DNA from: Chiloscyllium plagiosum
Taxonomy: Eukaryota
Direction of reading: 5' to 3'
Length of the DNA: 64,000 nt
NCBI RefSeq assembly: GCF_004010195.1
Contig: NC_057718.1
Span: 84,479,446-84,543,445, forward strand
Shown: positions 1 to 13,320 of the stretch, in pieces
Layout of the letters: every line of letters begins with the position of its first letter
Position numbering within the stretch: the first letter of the stretch is position 1
Made by a program: the position numbers and the translations under genes
The notes under the pieces: model-generated
What the model saw: the letters and a program-made list of their open reading frames with translations, nothing else
The model's database searches: none
Told to the model about the DNA's origin: nothing

Positions 1-183
1 CGCAGTCATTTGGGCCCTGCTGACGCCTCAGCTAAAAATGTAATCGTACAGACCTGTAAATAGGAATGATTACTCTGTTTCGGTATTCAAACAAATGGAA
101 TGTTTACATATGTATGGCATGTCCAGTTGTACAGATCATCAAAGTATTTTATGAATAAAGTATATTTTTGAAATAAAAAAAAT
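1..183 (+). mobile_element. Tx1/L1-clade LINE 3' UTR fragment
   Basis: Ends ATGAATAAAGTATATTTTTGAAATAAAAAAAA; homologous to the 3' UTR of the Tx1 copy at 17616-18215 (CAGTCATTTGGGC-CTGCTGAC-CCTCAGC shared). Confidence 0.75.
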
Positions 184-390
184 CTAGTTCCATTTGCCAG
201 CGTTTGGCCGTTTCCCTCTAAACCCTTCCAATACATAAACCCATCCTGATGCCTTTTAAATGTTGTAATTGTACGAGCCTTCACCACTCCCTCTGGCAGT
301 TCATTCCGTATATGAACTATCCTCTGTGAAAGAAGTTGTCCTTTAGGTCCCTTTTAAATCTTTCCCCTCTCAGTTTAAACCTCTGCCCTG
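184..390 (-). mobile_element. CR1 (HER1-like) LINE 3' fragment
   Basis: Similar to the CR1 3' ends at 58937-59590 and 63455-63716; reverse translation resembles the CR1 ORF2 C-terminus. Confidence 0.75.
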
Positions 391-429
391 ACAGTTTATT
401 CCAATTATACCTGAAAGTCAGAGAGTGGA

Positions 430-880
430 CTAGGCCCCGTTGTCAAGGGCAGTGTTGACTATGCCTCCAAATCACAAGTTTCCAGGTTCAAGTCCCATTC
501 CGGGGCTTGGGCACAGAGATCAAGGCTGAGACTCCAACACAACATGGAAGGAACATGTGCTGTCAGCAATGCCATCTTTCAGATGAGATATTAAACCAAG
601 ATACTTGCTCAGATGGCCGTAAGTGGTCAATAGCACTATTTCATAGAAGAACGTGGGGTGGGGGGGGGAGGGCGGGTGTGTGTGTGTGTGTTAACCCTGG
701 TGGCCTCATTAATATTTATTCCTCAACAACGAAAAGTCATGCTGCTGTTTGTGGTACTTTGCAATGCAAATTAAATGTTGCATTTCCTACATTATGGTTA
801 TGTTTTGTACTTCATTGAATGTAAAGCAATCTGAGTCATGCAGTGTACACGAAAAACGTTATAGCAATGCAATTCTTTAC
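430..880 (+). mobile_element. tRNA-derived DeuSINE/SacSINE1-like SINE, diverged
   Basis: B-box-like GGTTCAAGTCCC, Deu-domain-like TTTCAGATGAGATATTAAACC, L2-like tail; related diverged copies near 4510-4910, 5400-5580, 20270-20560 and 32150-32550 (all minus). Confidence 0.55.
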
Positions 881-2160
881 ATCTACAACAACATAAATTT
901 ATGTGATACCTTCTAAACAGTCAAACCTCCTTAGGTGCTTCACAGGAGAATTAACAAACAGAATTTGCCATCAATCCACATTAAAAAAAGATATTTGGAC
1001 AGGTGACCAAAATGCTTGGCCAAAGAGGTAGGTTGTGAGGAGTATATTAAAGGAATGTGAAGCAGAGTGGTCTAGGGAGGAACTTCCATTGCTTAGAGCC
1101 AAGACCATTGAAATCGCAGCCTCCTGTCAAGTACTGAAGAAACTCGGGGATACACAATAGGCCAAATTTGGAGGAATACGGAATTCTCAGAGAGTTGCCA
1201 AGATGGGGGAGGATATAGAGATTGTACAAGGATATTATCACAAGGGTAGGGGTTTCAAATCTATGGCGTTGTTGGATTGTAGTACGGTGAGTGCATTGGT
1301 AATGAGAGAATGACATTTGGGTAGGAATAAGATAGGGACAACAAAGTTTTGGAAACACTGGAGTTTACAGATAATGCAAGGTCAGATGCCCAACAGGGCA
1401 TTGGAAGTTTGATTTAAAAAAGGCACTGAGTCATAGAGTCATAGACATCTACAGCATGGAAACAGGCCCATGCTGCCCAGTTTTCGCAATTTAAATTAGT
1501 CCCATTTTGTGTCAGAGTTTCAGCAATGGGTGAGCTGAGGCTGGAGCAGAGAGTGCTGACATTGTGATATAGAAACTAGCTGTCTTGGTGAGAGATGTGG
1601 CCTTGAAACCTTAAGTCAGGATTAAGTTGGACGCTGAGGTTGCAAATAGCCCACTTTAGCTTCAGACAGTAGTCGGGCAGAGGGCTGAAATTGATGATTA
1701 GGCAACTGAATTTATGGCAGGGGCAAGGGCAATTACTTCAGAGTTTCCATTACATAATTGCAGGAAATTTCAGCTCATCCAATACTGGATGTCAGAGAAG
1801 CAGCATGACAAACCAAAGGCATTGGAAGGAACAAACGAGGGGAAAATGAGTTAGAAACAGGTACCTGTGTTGATCATTTATATGTGAAACTTGACATTGT
1901 GTTTTTGGAGAGTGTCACCAAGGAGCAGCATGTGGATAATAAATAGAAGGGGGCTAAACGTAGATCCTTTGGGGGCTCCAGAGATAATGGAAGGGAGAGG
2001 TAAACTATTACAAGTGATCCTTTGGTTATAACTTGCTGGATAAGAATAAAACTGGATGGTAGAAGAGAGGCATTGAACAAAGATGGAGCATTCAACTGTC
2101 TCAAAGTTGTAGACAGGCTGAGAAGAATGAAGAGGAATAGTGCACAGAGTCACACAATCT
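880..2160 (-). mobile_element. L2-clade LINE fragment (degenerate RT and 3' region) with a nested CR1 tail at about 1428-1510
   Basis: Minus-strand GAPKGSTFSPLLFIIHMLLLGDTLQKHNVKFHI matches the RT motif GVPQGSxLGPLLFxxYM of L2 elements; related copy at about 35460-37110. Confidence 0.7.
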
Positions 2161-2328
2161 AATATAGGCAACACTACTTTATTGTCAGAAGTGTTTAAAT
2201 ATTTCTAAAGCCAGGAGAAACTAAGTTGATATATATTCCAATACTTGTATAATGCATTAAAGCTCTCTGTGTCGAGGAATGTATAGAGCAGATTTCCAGT
2301 ATTTTTCAGTTTGAAAACTGAGGAGTTC

Positions 2329-2418
2329 CAGATTAGATTAGATTAGATTCTCTACACTGTGGAAACAGGCCCTTCAGCCCACAAGTCCACACCAACCGTT
2401 CAAAGAGTCACCCATCTC
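2329..2418 (-). mobile_element. HE1 SINE 3' fragment
   Basis: (GATTA)n tail followed by TGTGGAAACAGGCCCTTC, as in the fuller copies at 43778 and 51317. Confidence 0.7.
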
Positions 2419-2729
2419 ATTGTGAACTTGCTTTAACAGAATTTAGAAAAGTTTAAACGAAGTTTATTTTAATCAAGTTCCCCTCTTGACTGCAATTCAA
2501 GTTGGTGTTTGAGCTTTCATGCACAATCCATTATGGGTGGAGCTTAATTCAATGTGAAAAATGTGATCTTACAGAAATTAATGCCAAAAATTGGACTGTT
2601 GACAAACCAATTAACCGCTAGAAACTACGTGATAAATAACATAGGGTACAATTCTAGTTAATATTTATTATGCACACAGTAATAACTTAGCACAGTGTTT
2701 TAACTGGTCATACTTTGTTATTTTAGTTA

Positions 2730-2935
2730 AAAATCTCACAACACTAGATTATAGTCCAACAGGTTTAATTGGAAGCACACTAGCTTTCGGAGCGACGCTC
2801 CTTCATCAGGTGATTGTGTGGAGCGTCGCTCTGAAAGCTAGTGTGCTTCCAATTGAACCTGTTGGACTATAACCTGGTGTTGTGTGATTTTTAACTTTGT
2901 ACACCCCAGTCCAACACCGGCATCTCCGAATCATG
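2730..2935. mobile_element. Short fold-back Penelope-like element derivative (family A) with 16-bp TSD
   Basis: TTTGTTATTTTAGTTA at 2714-2729 and 2936-2951; about 75-bp inverted arms (2727-2801 vs 2820-2895); hammerhead motif inside. Confidence 0.75.
2778..2812 (-). ncRNA. Minimal type I hammerhead ribozyme motif
   Basis: Minus strand reads CAC-CUGAUGA-A-GGAGC-GUC-GCUCC-GAAA-GCUA-GUG: intact core, stem II, stem I CAC/GUG and palindromic AGCU stem III. Confidence 0.75.
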
Positions 2936-3582
2936 TTTGTTATTTTAGTTACTGAAGGTGTTCATTCATTTCAAAGATTTCTGGTGGAATTTTAGGTCCA
3001 ATGTCATCCCTTTTACATTGTCCTTTGGTTCCTTACCTATTTCCACATTTTCAATTTTTTAAAAATTTAATAGCTAGCCTTCAGACTGCCTACTAAGCAT
3101 GAACATCCATCATTGTGGTGGGAGGGAACAGCATATTTTGGCCCGTTACTGTACTACAATTTCTTTCCCTCAGTCGATTATTGGCCTTCATCTACATACT
3201 CCCTATTGTGGGTCAGCTGTATAAATCACAGCACTGTGATCACAGGCCTATTAGCTCTTGACTGATCTGGTTGGTTAAAGGCACACTCAACTGTGAAACA
3301 GCATGACCCAGGAGTTGGAATTAAAACTTCATTTCAGTGAAACAACATCCAGCCTGAGGGGAAAACAAGCTAGCTGGTGCCATCTTTCGATTTCTATATA
3401 ACTCCTCTGTCTGGGTTTGACACTGAAAATAAAAGGTTTTTAGAAAATTTGCTTTTGCTTTTGTTTTAGTTTGAAGTGAAGAAGTAGTTAACTAAGTGGC
3501 ATGAGAAACTGAACAGCGACAAGTTAAAAGTTAAGTATTGCAGATTTGACAGCAGTGTAGGGATCCTGTTATTTCAAAACAA

Positions 3583-3934
3583 ATGTTTGAAGAAAATATG
3601 AGTATCAACAAGAGGTGTCCAACGTTTTTCATCTCCCACATCCCGGAGACACCCTCTCATGATAAACAAAATCCTGGATTGGGATGTCGACCAGTGAACC
3701 TCTGGGATGGGCTGTCTATAGCTCACCTCGATCTCAGGAGAGCCTCTCTCACTGATTCCAGAAATAACCTGGTGTCATTGGTCCGGGGAGTCTTGCAAAA
3801 GGAAGAGGAGGATTCAGCGAATGACACAGATGACCCTGAGATGAAGCCAACCAAGATCACTGGAGCTATCCCCTGCATGAGCCGGTCAATGGCTGTCTTC
3901 TGCCTAATACTGAACATCATACTTCCAGGCACAG
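3583..3934 (+). CDS. stum-like: stum/SPEC3-family membrane protein, first coding exon
   Basis: GAIPCMSRSMAVFCLILNIILPGTG matches human STUM [25 protein letters not shown]; donor ACAG|gtagac (phase 1); acceptor ttttgttttag at 3469 and in-frame upstream TGA at 3547. Confidence 0.88.
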
Positions 3935-6900
3935 GTAGACTTGTTTAAATAGAAATCAACAATTAGTGTTTATAAGTAAAGTGCTTTGAGCAAACTTTTA
4001 AATAAAATATGTCCACATCAACTTTTCCCACTTATTTCCTTGGAATGTGCAGACTCTTTGGTGAAGACCAAATCTATATGTCCTGAAGGTTCATTATAAC
4101 TAACACAGATGTCCATTTAAGCTTGAACAGGGGCAAGTAAACCATGGCAACCTATTCCTGTGCAGGGTGCATCAGAACCAAGCTCACATTTGATGTCTGC
4201 ACAGCCATTTTCAGCAAGTCTTTTGAAAGCAAGAATAGTCCAATGTTTCTCTCCCTAATCCAGGGCACTGAGGTGAATTATGGTGAGCTAACCCCTCCAG
4301 TTGGGAGCCGTTAGGTCTGTACAGGTCAGGGATTAGGCTGGTCTCTTTGGCTGTGATACTTGGTTTGGGAGAGGGATAAGAGAGTTAAATTATGTAATAT
4401 TAGAGGCAATGCCCTCAATTTATTGTGCATTGTGCTATGTGCTTATAAAGAAATTTTAGTTTAAAAAGGTAATCAAATAATATATATTAATTAAATATTG
4501 AAAACTCTAAAAAAGAGACTTGTAATTATATAGAGGCTTTCATTGCCTCTTGATGTCCTAAAGAATTCTGTGGTCAATGAATTACTCTCCACTATAGGAA
4601 GAAATGCAGTAATAAATTTGTGTGCTGTGAGATACCACAAAAATTAATGTGATGATAATTAGGAAATGTTTTAATGATGTTGAATGAGGGATAAATATTA
4701 ACCAGGTTACTGAGGGAAAGTCCCCAGATCTTCATCAAATAAAACCACTTGAGAGAAAAAAATAATTTTTAGGTGAAATACAGCACTCCATCCATACTGT
4801 ACTGGAAGCATTAGCCTAGATTTTATGTTCAAGTCACTGGAGTATGAATTACACAATCAACTTTTTAAATCAGAGGAGAAAGTCCTACAAACAGAGCCAC
4901 AACTTTCAGATATATCAAATTCTGCTTAATTGAATTTTGCTGGGGATTGTGATGGAGAGTGAAGGGATACCAGCTACAGAAAGCCACCTTTAAAAATAAT
5001 ACGTTCAAAGTTGGGTGTTTTGTGATTCTGCCCCGTTGTGATCTGAAAGCTAAGTCTCCTGGAAACAGAGGTGAGGGAAGGGGCCAGGTAGGCTGAAATC
5101 ATGCAGGGAAAGACACATAAATATTTTCTTTATGGAGTCCAAGGTCCAATGTGTATCGCATGAGTAGTTTAATAATGTTGATGCTGAGCAGAGCTGGAAA
5201 ACTATGGCACAAAGCAGGCACCCAAACGTCAAAAATGATTTCACTGGCAATGAAAGCATTTGTTTTAGAGACAGTGAAGTATTTTTGAAGTTTAGTCACA
5301 GCTGTAATGTGGGAATATGGCTTTCAATCCCCATAAACTAATATGATAATGTTTAAAAAAATGTGGAACTGAGAGAGACATAAATATTGTCTAGCACACA
5401 GAACAGAGCCTTCTTCCTCTTGTTTGGACTAGTACCTTGGCATCTTTAATGCTAAGCTGAGAAGATAGTTCCTCTGTCCCAAAGTGTCAGCCTGGATAAT
5501 ACACTCTAGTCTTTAGTGGAACTTAATCTATGACATTCAAATTCAAAGACAGGAGTGCTAGCCACTGAACAAAACTGACAACAGTATCTTGATGAGCTAA
5601 TTCTCCAGAGACTTTTTCAGCAAGTAAATACATAGGGCCTCTAAAGTGGTGGATTCGATATTCATGAGGACTATTGGAAATGCTGGTTTGAACTAAAATT
5701 TCCATGAGAAATATCCTTCTCGACTAATGAGAAATAATAGATTTGTGCAATGTAATCAAGCAACTCACAAACGAAAAGCAGGCAAATTTATAATACATTT
5801 GAAAAGATGATCTTTACTAGGCAAATGAAAGGATTTGCTGACACATACTGTAATAATAGCTACTGAGCATGTGCCTAGCAAGCTATGTCATAGTGTTGAG
5901 ACCTGATGGATTGGTGAAGTACCAGCTAACAGTATTCCTATATGGTGGCAAGCAGTGACCAGATCATAAAAAACAGCTGAAAACAGTAACCAAAAGCCTG
6001 AACAAAAAAATGCAGCAGCAGAAAGCAGCAGCTGAAGGGTTTTGATGGTCAGCCTAGTAATTAGACTGTAGAAAGGGAAACGCTTGAGGAGAAGCTAGCA
6101 GTGGCATCAGACAGAGAAGGACTTCAAGGTTGGCCCAGCAATCAGACCACAGAGAGTGCAACTGTGTGCAATACTGATAAACTACTAAAGACTTCAACCA
6201 TCAGAATCCACCTCAGAAATTCACCCACAACAGTGACAAGAGCAGCACACCAATGGAGCCATCAACAGCTAAAGCTGAAGATGCCAAAAACCTTGCCTTT
6301 ACCCAAGCCCTTAGATTATGAGGAGGATCCAATCCAGTCACCTGCTGGATGAAATCTGTGGTGGTGCTTATGCCATTTTGATTAAACAGAGGATAGAAAA
6401 AGGAACCACCAAATATAACAACATAATTAAGGCCTTTGATTCTTATTTTAGTTTGAATTGCAATCATATTATAGACCAGGAGAAGTTTAATTGGTGCAGC
6501 CAGGAGCCAGGAGAAATTATTAAATCTTCTTATAAATTACTTGTTTTCGCAGAGCATTCCCACTATAGGACATTGATTGATGAACCTATAAAGGGTTGAA
6601 ATGTAATGGAAGACTGGAATTTTGGAAAATTCCAAATTGGTGCAAAACCTGTTAATTTCCATGCCTGATATAAATGAAGCTATTTAAAGGGGTTTGCTGA
6701 AACAGGCTGTAGGGGCGTTCCACCAATGGGACAAAAGCTTAAAACCAGATCACTGCCAAGTGCAACTGTCAAAGAAATAAATTAACATTCCTCTTGAAGG
6801 TAACAGTAGATGATTTCCAATATAGGTGAATAACAAGAAAACTAATTTTAAACTGGATGCGAGACAGGTATAGCAATTCGTTCAGATGCAACACTGTGGT

Positions 6901-7078
6901 TGAAGCTTTTATTTTTCCAACCATCTTTCATTAAACGTCAGGCTGCAGGGGGCACCGTAATAAGGGCAAAAGGACAATTGCAGGCTATACTTTACTGTAT
7001 TGGGAAAGAGATCACTGATAGCCTGTATGTCATTCTCATCAGCAATGTTCTTTATTAAAGTGCATAGCATTGAATCTT

Positions 7079-7295
7079 ATAGAACATAGAACATAGAACA
7101 ATACAGCACAGAACAGGCCCTTCGGCCCACGATGTTGTGCCAAACATTTGTCCTAGCTTAAGCACCCATCCATGTACCTATCCAATTGCCGCTTAAAGGT
7201 CACCAAAGATTCTGACTCTACCACTCCCACAGGCAGCGCATTCCATGCCCCCACCACTCTCTGGGTAAAGAACCCACCCCTGACATCTCCCCTTC
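7079..7295 (-). mobile_element. CR1 LINE 3' end
   Basis: (TAGAACA)n tail, ACAGGCCCTTCGGCCC hairpin and ORF2 C-terminal similarity; CpGs retained. Confidence 0.8.
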
Positions 7296-8389
7296 TTCTT
7301 CTCCAACTCCAGCAGAATTTGACGTTGACTCATTATTGCTTTGAGTCAGTCTTCTGGAAAGGAATATCATCCTGAGGACAAACACAGAGAATGCTGGAGA
7401 AACAGCGTATGTGACAGGCATCTATTTTAGGGATAGAGTTAATGTTTTGAGTTCAAAGTGACTTTACTTCAGAACGTTCAAATGAGACTTGGAAATATTA
7501 GAATTAAGGAGGATTGGAGAAGTCCAAGTATCTAAAAGAGACTGCTGAACTAAAACCCCAGCTATTAGCAGTCACACAGCACCATCAAACCTCAGGAAGA
7601 GAAAGAGTCACACATTAGAAACGGTACAATAGAATAAAATGAATATATTGTAGTAAAGCAATGTACAAGTGCTATGCTGTATCTAAGGAGGTTACAGAGC
7701 ATCAGACAGAAGTAAAAGTTACAGCACAACTAACTGAAGAAGTACCAACAGCAACTGTCCTTCCCCGTTATCTGTGGTAAAATATGAGATGTTAAAGTTC
7801 AACTTTCATTTAAGTCTGCAGAACTTCCTTTAAATTCCAGTCCTGATTTGGGTATCTTTGAGAGTCTAGATTCCTCAAATCTTCACCTTTATTGTACATT
7901 ATTGTTGATGATGGAACCCTCATTCTCACTGATGGAGTTTCCAAGATTTTGTTATCGGAAGAGAAGCAGCCTCAAACTGAATGGAATATGCCAATAGTAT
8001 TACTACTTACAGGAAGAGATCTTCTTGCCCTAGATTTATTAGGGAAATGATAATTTCTTCATTCTCAGAATGTCTTCAGAATGTTCTCTGGAAAGCATTT
8101 TGTCTGTCAGGTTCATTCCTGAGGAAAGTCTTGAATACTTCTTCATCGTTGCAGCAGCAGTGGTTATCGCACCTCTGGAGTTCTTTATATGAACTGAAAA
8201 TGCTTCATTTCTTTTCCAGCCAGTGCTTTAACCTTTATCTAGACTGTACAAGGGAAGGGGCGAGAAGTTTCACTTCCTCATCTTCATCAGGGTTCACTTC
8301 AGTGTCACAGCCCAAGTAATGTGTGTTGTGAGAAGCTACTATCTCACTTGCCAATGTGTTTACCTTCCAAGGAAACAACTACAGCATGT

Positions 8390-8617
8390 TCTAGTCATTG
8401 TGATGATGTCAGCCAGGTGGAACTCATAGAGTATGAGTTCCCTGATTGGGTCCAAACTGGTCCAATCAGGGACCCCTGGCTGACATATAAAAAACAGTCG
8501 AAGGTTCTGATCACTTGGAGAGCTGGCTCTGAGAAAGCTGGATCAGTATCAAGGACTCTCCATGTGTAAATAAAGAGTGTCTTGGTGGCAGGATGTTGGC
8601 TTTTGTGGAGTTATTTA
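8390..8617 (+). mobile_element. Solo LTR of the Gypsy family found at 50855-54395
   Basis: Homologous to the reverse complement of 54176-54395; CCAAT, TATA and AATAAA motifs; 4-bp TSD ATGT (8386-8389, 8618-8621). Confidence 0.8.
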
Positions 8618-11161
8618 ATGTATCTCCTACATGTTCCCTCAGAAAGCAGTGAACACTGTTGGAAATTGAAACCTTTAGTGAAAGTGACTCAGCTTGGGGA
8701 CAGGAGAAGTGCTACAGTCGGAGTTGGATGGAAACTGTAAATAGTTCATGTGGTTAGGTTAACAATTCATAGGAACTGAAAACTTGCAGGAGGTGCAGAA
8801 GAGGGAAATGTTTTACAGCAAAGATATTACTGTACCAAGACACTTATAAAAGCTACTGAGTAAGTGTGTAAGAAGCTATGTCATGATGACATCAAATCAC
8901 ATATAGGGCACATAGAGTCATAGACATCTGATGGAATAAAGCCCAAGTGAGTTCTGTATCTAGTTTATTGGCAGTAAATCTTAATAGGTTGCATTAACCT
9001 TGTGCTCAGTTCTTACATGTCTTATGTTCCTAGAAGCTGATAATGTGTTTACTACAAAATTGATTGGCATAAGGTTGTACATTGAAATGATTTGAGCAGA
9101 GCCATAAGGCAATTGCCCAATATTTCACCAGAGGGCACTGTTATCCCTGTGGAAGAATTCCTTCATGCTGTGCACAAGTACTTTATTAACTTGGGTCAAA
9201 TGAAATGAGTGCTCATTTCATAAATTATTATTCTTGACTTTTATTGCTTTGAGATGATGTACTTTTCAAATAAATGATGCACTCTTTAATAGATAATATG
9301 ATACATTTGTGTGGCAGTTTCACTAATGCTGTGTATAGGGACTGGAACCATCTTGACTCAGGTTAAGCAACAGTTGGAGCTATTGCATTCTTCTCAGTCT
9401 TTGCCTCGGCACTATGGGACATTTTCCTCCCAATGAGGACATTTTCCTCCCTTCCCATCTCCCAGTTAACCTCTGCAATGCTAGGCTTCCCTCTTCTTCC
9501 TCTTCAGTGACAGGGTCTGCTACATCTCACAGCATATTAGGCCAATACAATCAATGAGTTTAATCTTTGCCATTTCTTTGTTTCCCATTATAATTTTAGT
9601 AATATACAGTGCTAATATTTTTAATGTAAAGAATAATATACAGATTTTATAGTTAGACTGTCTTGCCAACATTGTATTTATAAGTTAATGTGTCTTCAGT
9701 TAGAATGGGAGCTGACTTTATAAACATGTCATGCCCTGTGGCCATGGAAGGGACTGATGCAGCACGTTGCCAAGGTAAAGGAGTTAATGTGGGTCCCACA
9801 ATGCAGCAAGATGGGAAAGGGAGCTAGTTGTACCTGGAGGCTGCATTTAAATTGGGAGCAATTGGAAAGAGTGACCATCCAGAGAACCCTTTCCCTTCCC
9901 AAACACATATATTATCTTCCCATCACTTCCTCCTTTTCTCACTGCCCATTAATACTCACCTTTGACCTATCTACTCAACTTATTTCTCCCTTACACTGCA
10001 GTCTCTCTAATTACTCAACCTCCAAACTCTCCCCCTTTCCTAGTTCTTCTCTAAGGGTGGGTGACAGGAGTCTGGAACACATATCACGCATATGAAACCC
10101 TAGCATCAACAAACAGCAAAAAAAAGTGTCTTTTGACAAATTTTATAATATTCTTTTGATGCTTAAAGATAACATGGCTTTAAAACATTAAGAATAAAAA
10201 CTGACATTAAAGAAAACATAAATGCTGGAACAAATCCAATGTAATTTCTGAAAGATTAACAGTTCAGGTAGAGACCTACATCAGAATTGTAGGACTGATA
10301 AACTGCTATGAACTAACAGCAAATTTTGCATTTATTTCAAATTTTCATTATTTGCATTGTTTCTTTTATTGAATTCCCAAAACAACTAAATAATTGAGAT
10401 GCTACTTCTACTGGAGCAACCACATGGTGGCTATATAGATTGCAGCAGATTAATTCCTACATTCCCTTTGTGATTGAGGGAAGATTGTGTGGGGGGGTGG
10501 GACAGAGCTTAACATCATTCGCTGTGCTCAGCACCTGTTCCTGCTGCTATGCATTCTTTTAACTGGCAGCTCAGTGCTGTTCACAGGAATACGTAAAATA
10601 ATAAAATACTTAAGATGCCAGTAGAAGAATCTGTAGACCGCAACATTATTAAGGAATATTTCTTGTATTAGAGAAACATACACACAATGTGTATATTAGA
10701 TAATAAGTGAAGCTTACTAAGATGCCACCAGAGATGAAGAGCACAGTTTTGAGGTAAGGTTTGTTAGAAAGTAGAACTAGGATTAGAAAATATACTAGAG
10801 AAATGAGAATTCTCAGATAAATTTAGCTACTTTGAACAAAAAGCCACAGATGGAAAAGATTACGAGTGGAATGAAGTTATGTTAGACTTTCAGTTCTCAT
10901 TAAGTAAGATTAACTCAGAAGCTTACTGAATTATATGCACTCAGTGGTATGTGGAAGCATTAAGGTCATCCACAATGCACAATAGCCTAGTGCACCAGCC
11001 CAACAACGGGTAAAAACAGCTGTACTGAACAGTCATTTATGAATCTTCACCAGTGGGCCTTGTGAACAGGCCAAATAATAAATATCTGAAACTGAAATGA
11101 ATACAACCTTTTGCAAGTTGGTGCAGCACCAGAAACAGAATAAATAGTAGGAAAGGGCTAG

Positions 11162-11288
11162 TCCTGAAGAAGGGCTTATGCCCGAAACGTCAATTCTCCT
11201 GTTCCTTGGATGCTGCCTGACCTGCTGCGCTTTTCCAGCAACACATTTTCAGCTCTGATCTCCAGCATCTGCAGCCCTCACTTTCTCC
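11162..11288 (+). mobile_element. Short PLE terminal fragment (family B) carrying a hammerhead motif
   Basis: CUGAAGA-A-GGGC-UUAU-GCCC-GAAA-CGUC at 11164-11191; near-identical to 20137-20254 and to the element at 63251-63420; flanked by CTAGTC on both sides. Confidence 0.75.
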
Positions 11289-12483
11289 TAGTCTGAGATA
11301 GACAACTTTATAGGTTAAAAGGGAAAGAATATGGCCAGAAAGCATGCAAAGTTCCAAAACATACTTTTTTTTTCACTGAATGCATTGCCAGCATCAGGCA
11401 TGCTCTCTCTGAAAAGGTGGCAGAAACTGATTCCATAAATAATTTTAAAAGTGAATTGGATCGATAAAGAGAAACTTAGAGCTACATATAGAAAATGGAT
11501 ATGTAGGACTAGGTGCAACTGTTTTTGCAAAGAGCCAAAGGCATGATGGGCCAGTGGCAACTTTATGTGCGGGAAAAGACCTACTGTAATCATGATGTTT
11601 GACCATCACAAAACAGGCCAACAGGGGAAAATCTATCCCGTCAATTCATCTGCAACACGCAATCAAAATCAGTCCAGAAGATCAGATTGCCAGTGTGTAG
11701 AATAATTGTTAATTCATTCATTAAGATGCAATCTCTGCCTCAGCACAGTTCCTTCTTGAAGGCCTGCATATCCCTTTGGGATAAAATGCAATGCTACACT
11801 GATGCTTGCCATACCATTGTGTGATTGTTTCTCTAAGCACAAGAAATAAATATACAACCTTTCTTATTAATTGTTGCTGTCTATAGATTCTTCTGCTGGC
11901 ATCTCAAGTATTTTATCATCCACATATTCCAGTGAACAGCACTGAGCTACGAGTTAAAAGAATATCTCAAAGCAGGAACAGGCGCTGAACACAGCAAATG
12001 TTGTTAAGCTCTGAAGCTGAACAGCTTGTGGGTGAGAATGATCCATGAGAAGCATTTGGACCTTTGGAGAGAAGGTTTGCATCTCCCTCTCTGCAGTAAA
12101 AATTCTGAATTCTGAAGAAAACCAGCTATTTTCTTCTACCAGTTTCCAGTAAGCCATTGCCCTTAACCAGTAACAAGAGATCTTGCAGTTGATGTACCAA
12201 CTGCTCTTTGCCTTCTGTGAAAAAGTGAGAGACTGGAGAACAGAAACGGAAGAACAGAAAGTCCTGACAAACCAAAAGGATTATCTATGGACCGGTGTTA
12301 TTGTACTGTGGCCCCCAGTTTTTTCCCCTCCATCCATAAAAGTATTTTCTTTGATTGTGTTTCCCTGTCTGTATGTGTGCACGGGATTTAAAAGAGGGTT
12401 AGAGCTGTAACCAGCTTTAGCCTTCTAATTCATAGGGGATGGGAGTTCAAAAATAGCAAAGTCTTGTTCAAACTGTACTTTGC

Positions 12484-12837
12484 GATGGCATGGTGGCTCA
12501 GTGGTTAACACTGCTGCCTCACAGCAGCAGAGACCTGGGCTCGATTTCATTCTTGGACAACTGTTTGTGTTGCATTTGCACATTCTGCCTGCATCTGCGT
12601 AGGTTTTGTCTGGGTACTCCAGTTTCCTCCCATAGCCCAAAGATGTGCAGGTTAAGTAGAATGGCCACGCTAAATTGCCCGTAGTGTCCAGGGTTGTGTA
12701 GGCTAAGTGGATTGGCCATGAGAAATGCAGGGATAGGGTAGGGGAAAGGCCTGGCTAGTATGCTCTTTGGAGGGTCAGTGTGGATTCGTTGGACCAAATG
12801 GCTTGCTTCCACACCACCGGGAAGCTATGATTCTATG
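12484..12837 (+). mobile_element. HE1 SINE
   Basis: GGCATGGTGGCTCAGTGGTTA head with A/B boxes, CCAAAGATGTGCAGG core, GATTCTATG tail. Confidence 0.9.
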
Positions 12838-13320
12838 TACAGCATGTTGATGAGACAGCACATGGAGTATCATGCCCAGTTTTGGTTCCCCATTTAAGAA
12901 AACATGTACTGGCACTGTTCAAAAGAGATTTTCCAGGATGATCCTTTGGATGAAATGGTTGATTTATCAAGAGTAACTAAACACATTGGCTCTTTATTTA
13001 TTGCCACTCAGAAGAATGTAGCGTGTTCTTATTGAAACATAGAAGATTCTGAGTGGGTTTGACAGGCTAGACTGTGGACTGCTAGCCCATAGTGGAAGCC
13101 TAATTTGAGTTGGCTGTAAATGAATGGCAATAAATCACTGATTGGTCTGCACACCAGTGATCAGTTATTGATGACAAAGGCTTCTGTCTGCCAACAACCT
13201 TGTGATTGGCTCCCAGGTAGCTGGGAGTGTGAATGAGGTAGTCAGAATAAATTGGACCTCCACAAAGGTTAGTAAAAAGCATCACAAATCTGAAGTTAGC
13301 CAGTTTATTTCCCTTTGTAG

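Larger units (their letters stand above)
5840..8990 (+). mobile_element. Highly decayed Gypsy LTR retrotransposon relic (gag/protease at about 6318-7075)
   Basis: FDSYFSLNCNHIIDQEKFNWCSQEPGE resembles Gypsy gag; NFKLDA resembles protease FKLDTGA; diverged direct repeats AGCTACTGAG...AAGCTATGTCAT near 5858 and 8850. Confidence 0.55.

Noticed and set aside
11954..12214. Minus-strand terminal exon after a tttttcacag acceptor
   Set aside because: Two frames are equally plausible, there is no recognisable homology, and it has no reliable link to other exons.
12484..12560. tRNA genes at GGTGGCTCAGTGGTTAG motifs (also 36105, 41220, 44050, 51620)
   Set aside because: They are the tRNA-derived heads of HE1 SINEs, followed by SINE core and LINE-derived tails.
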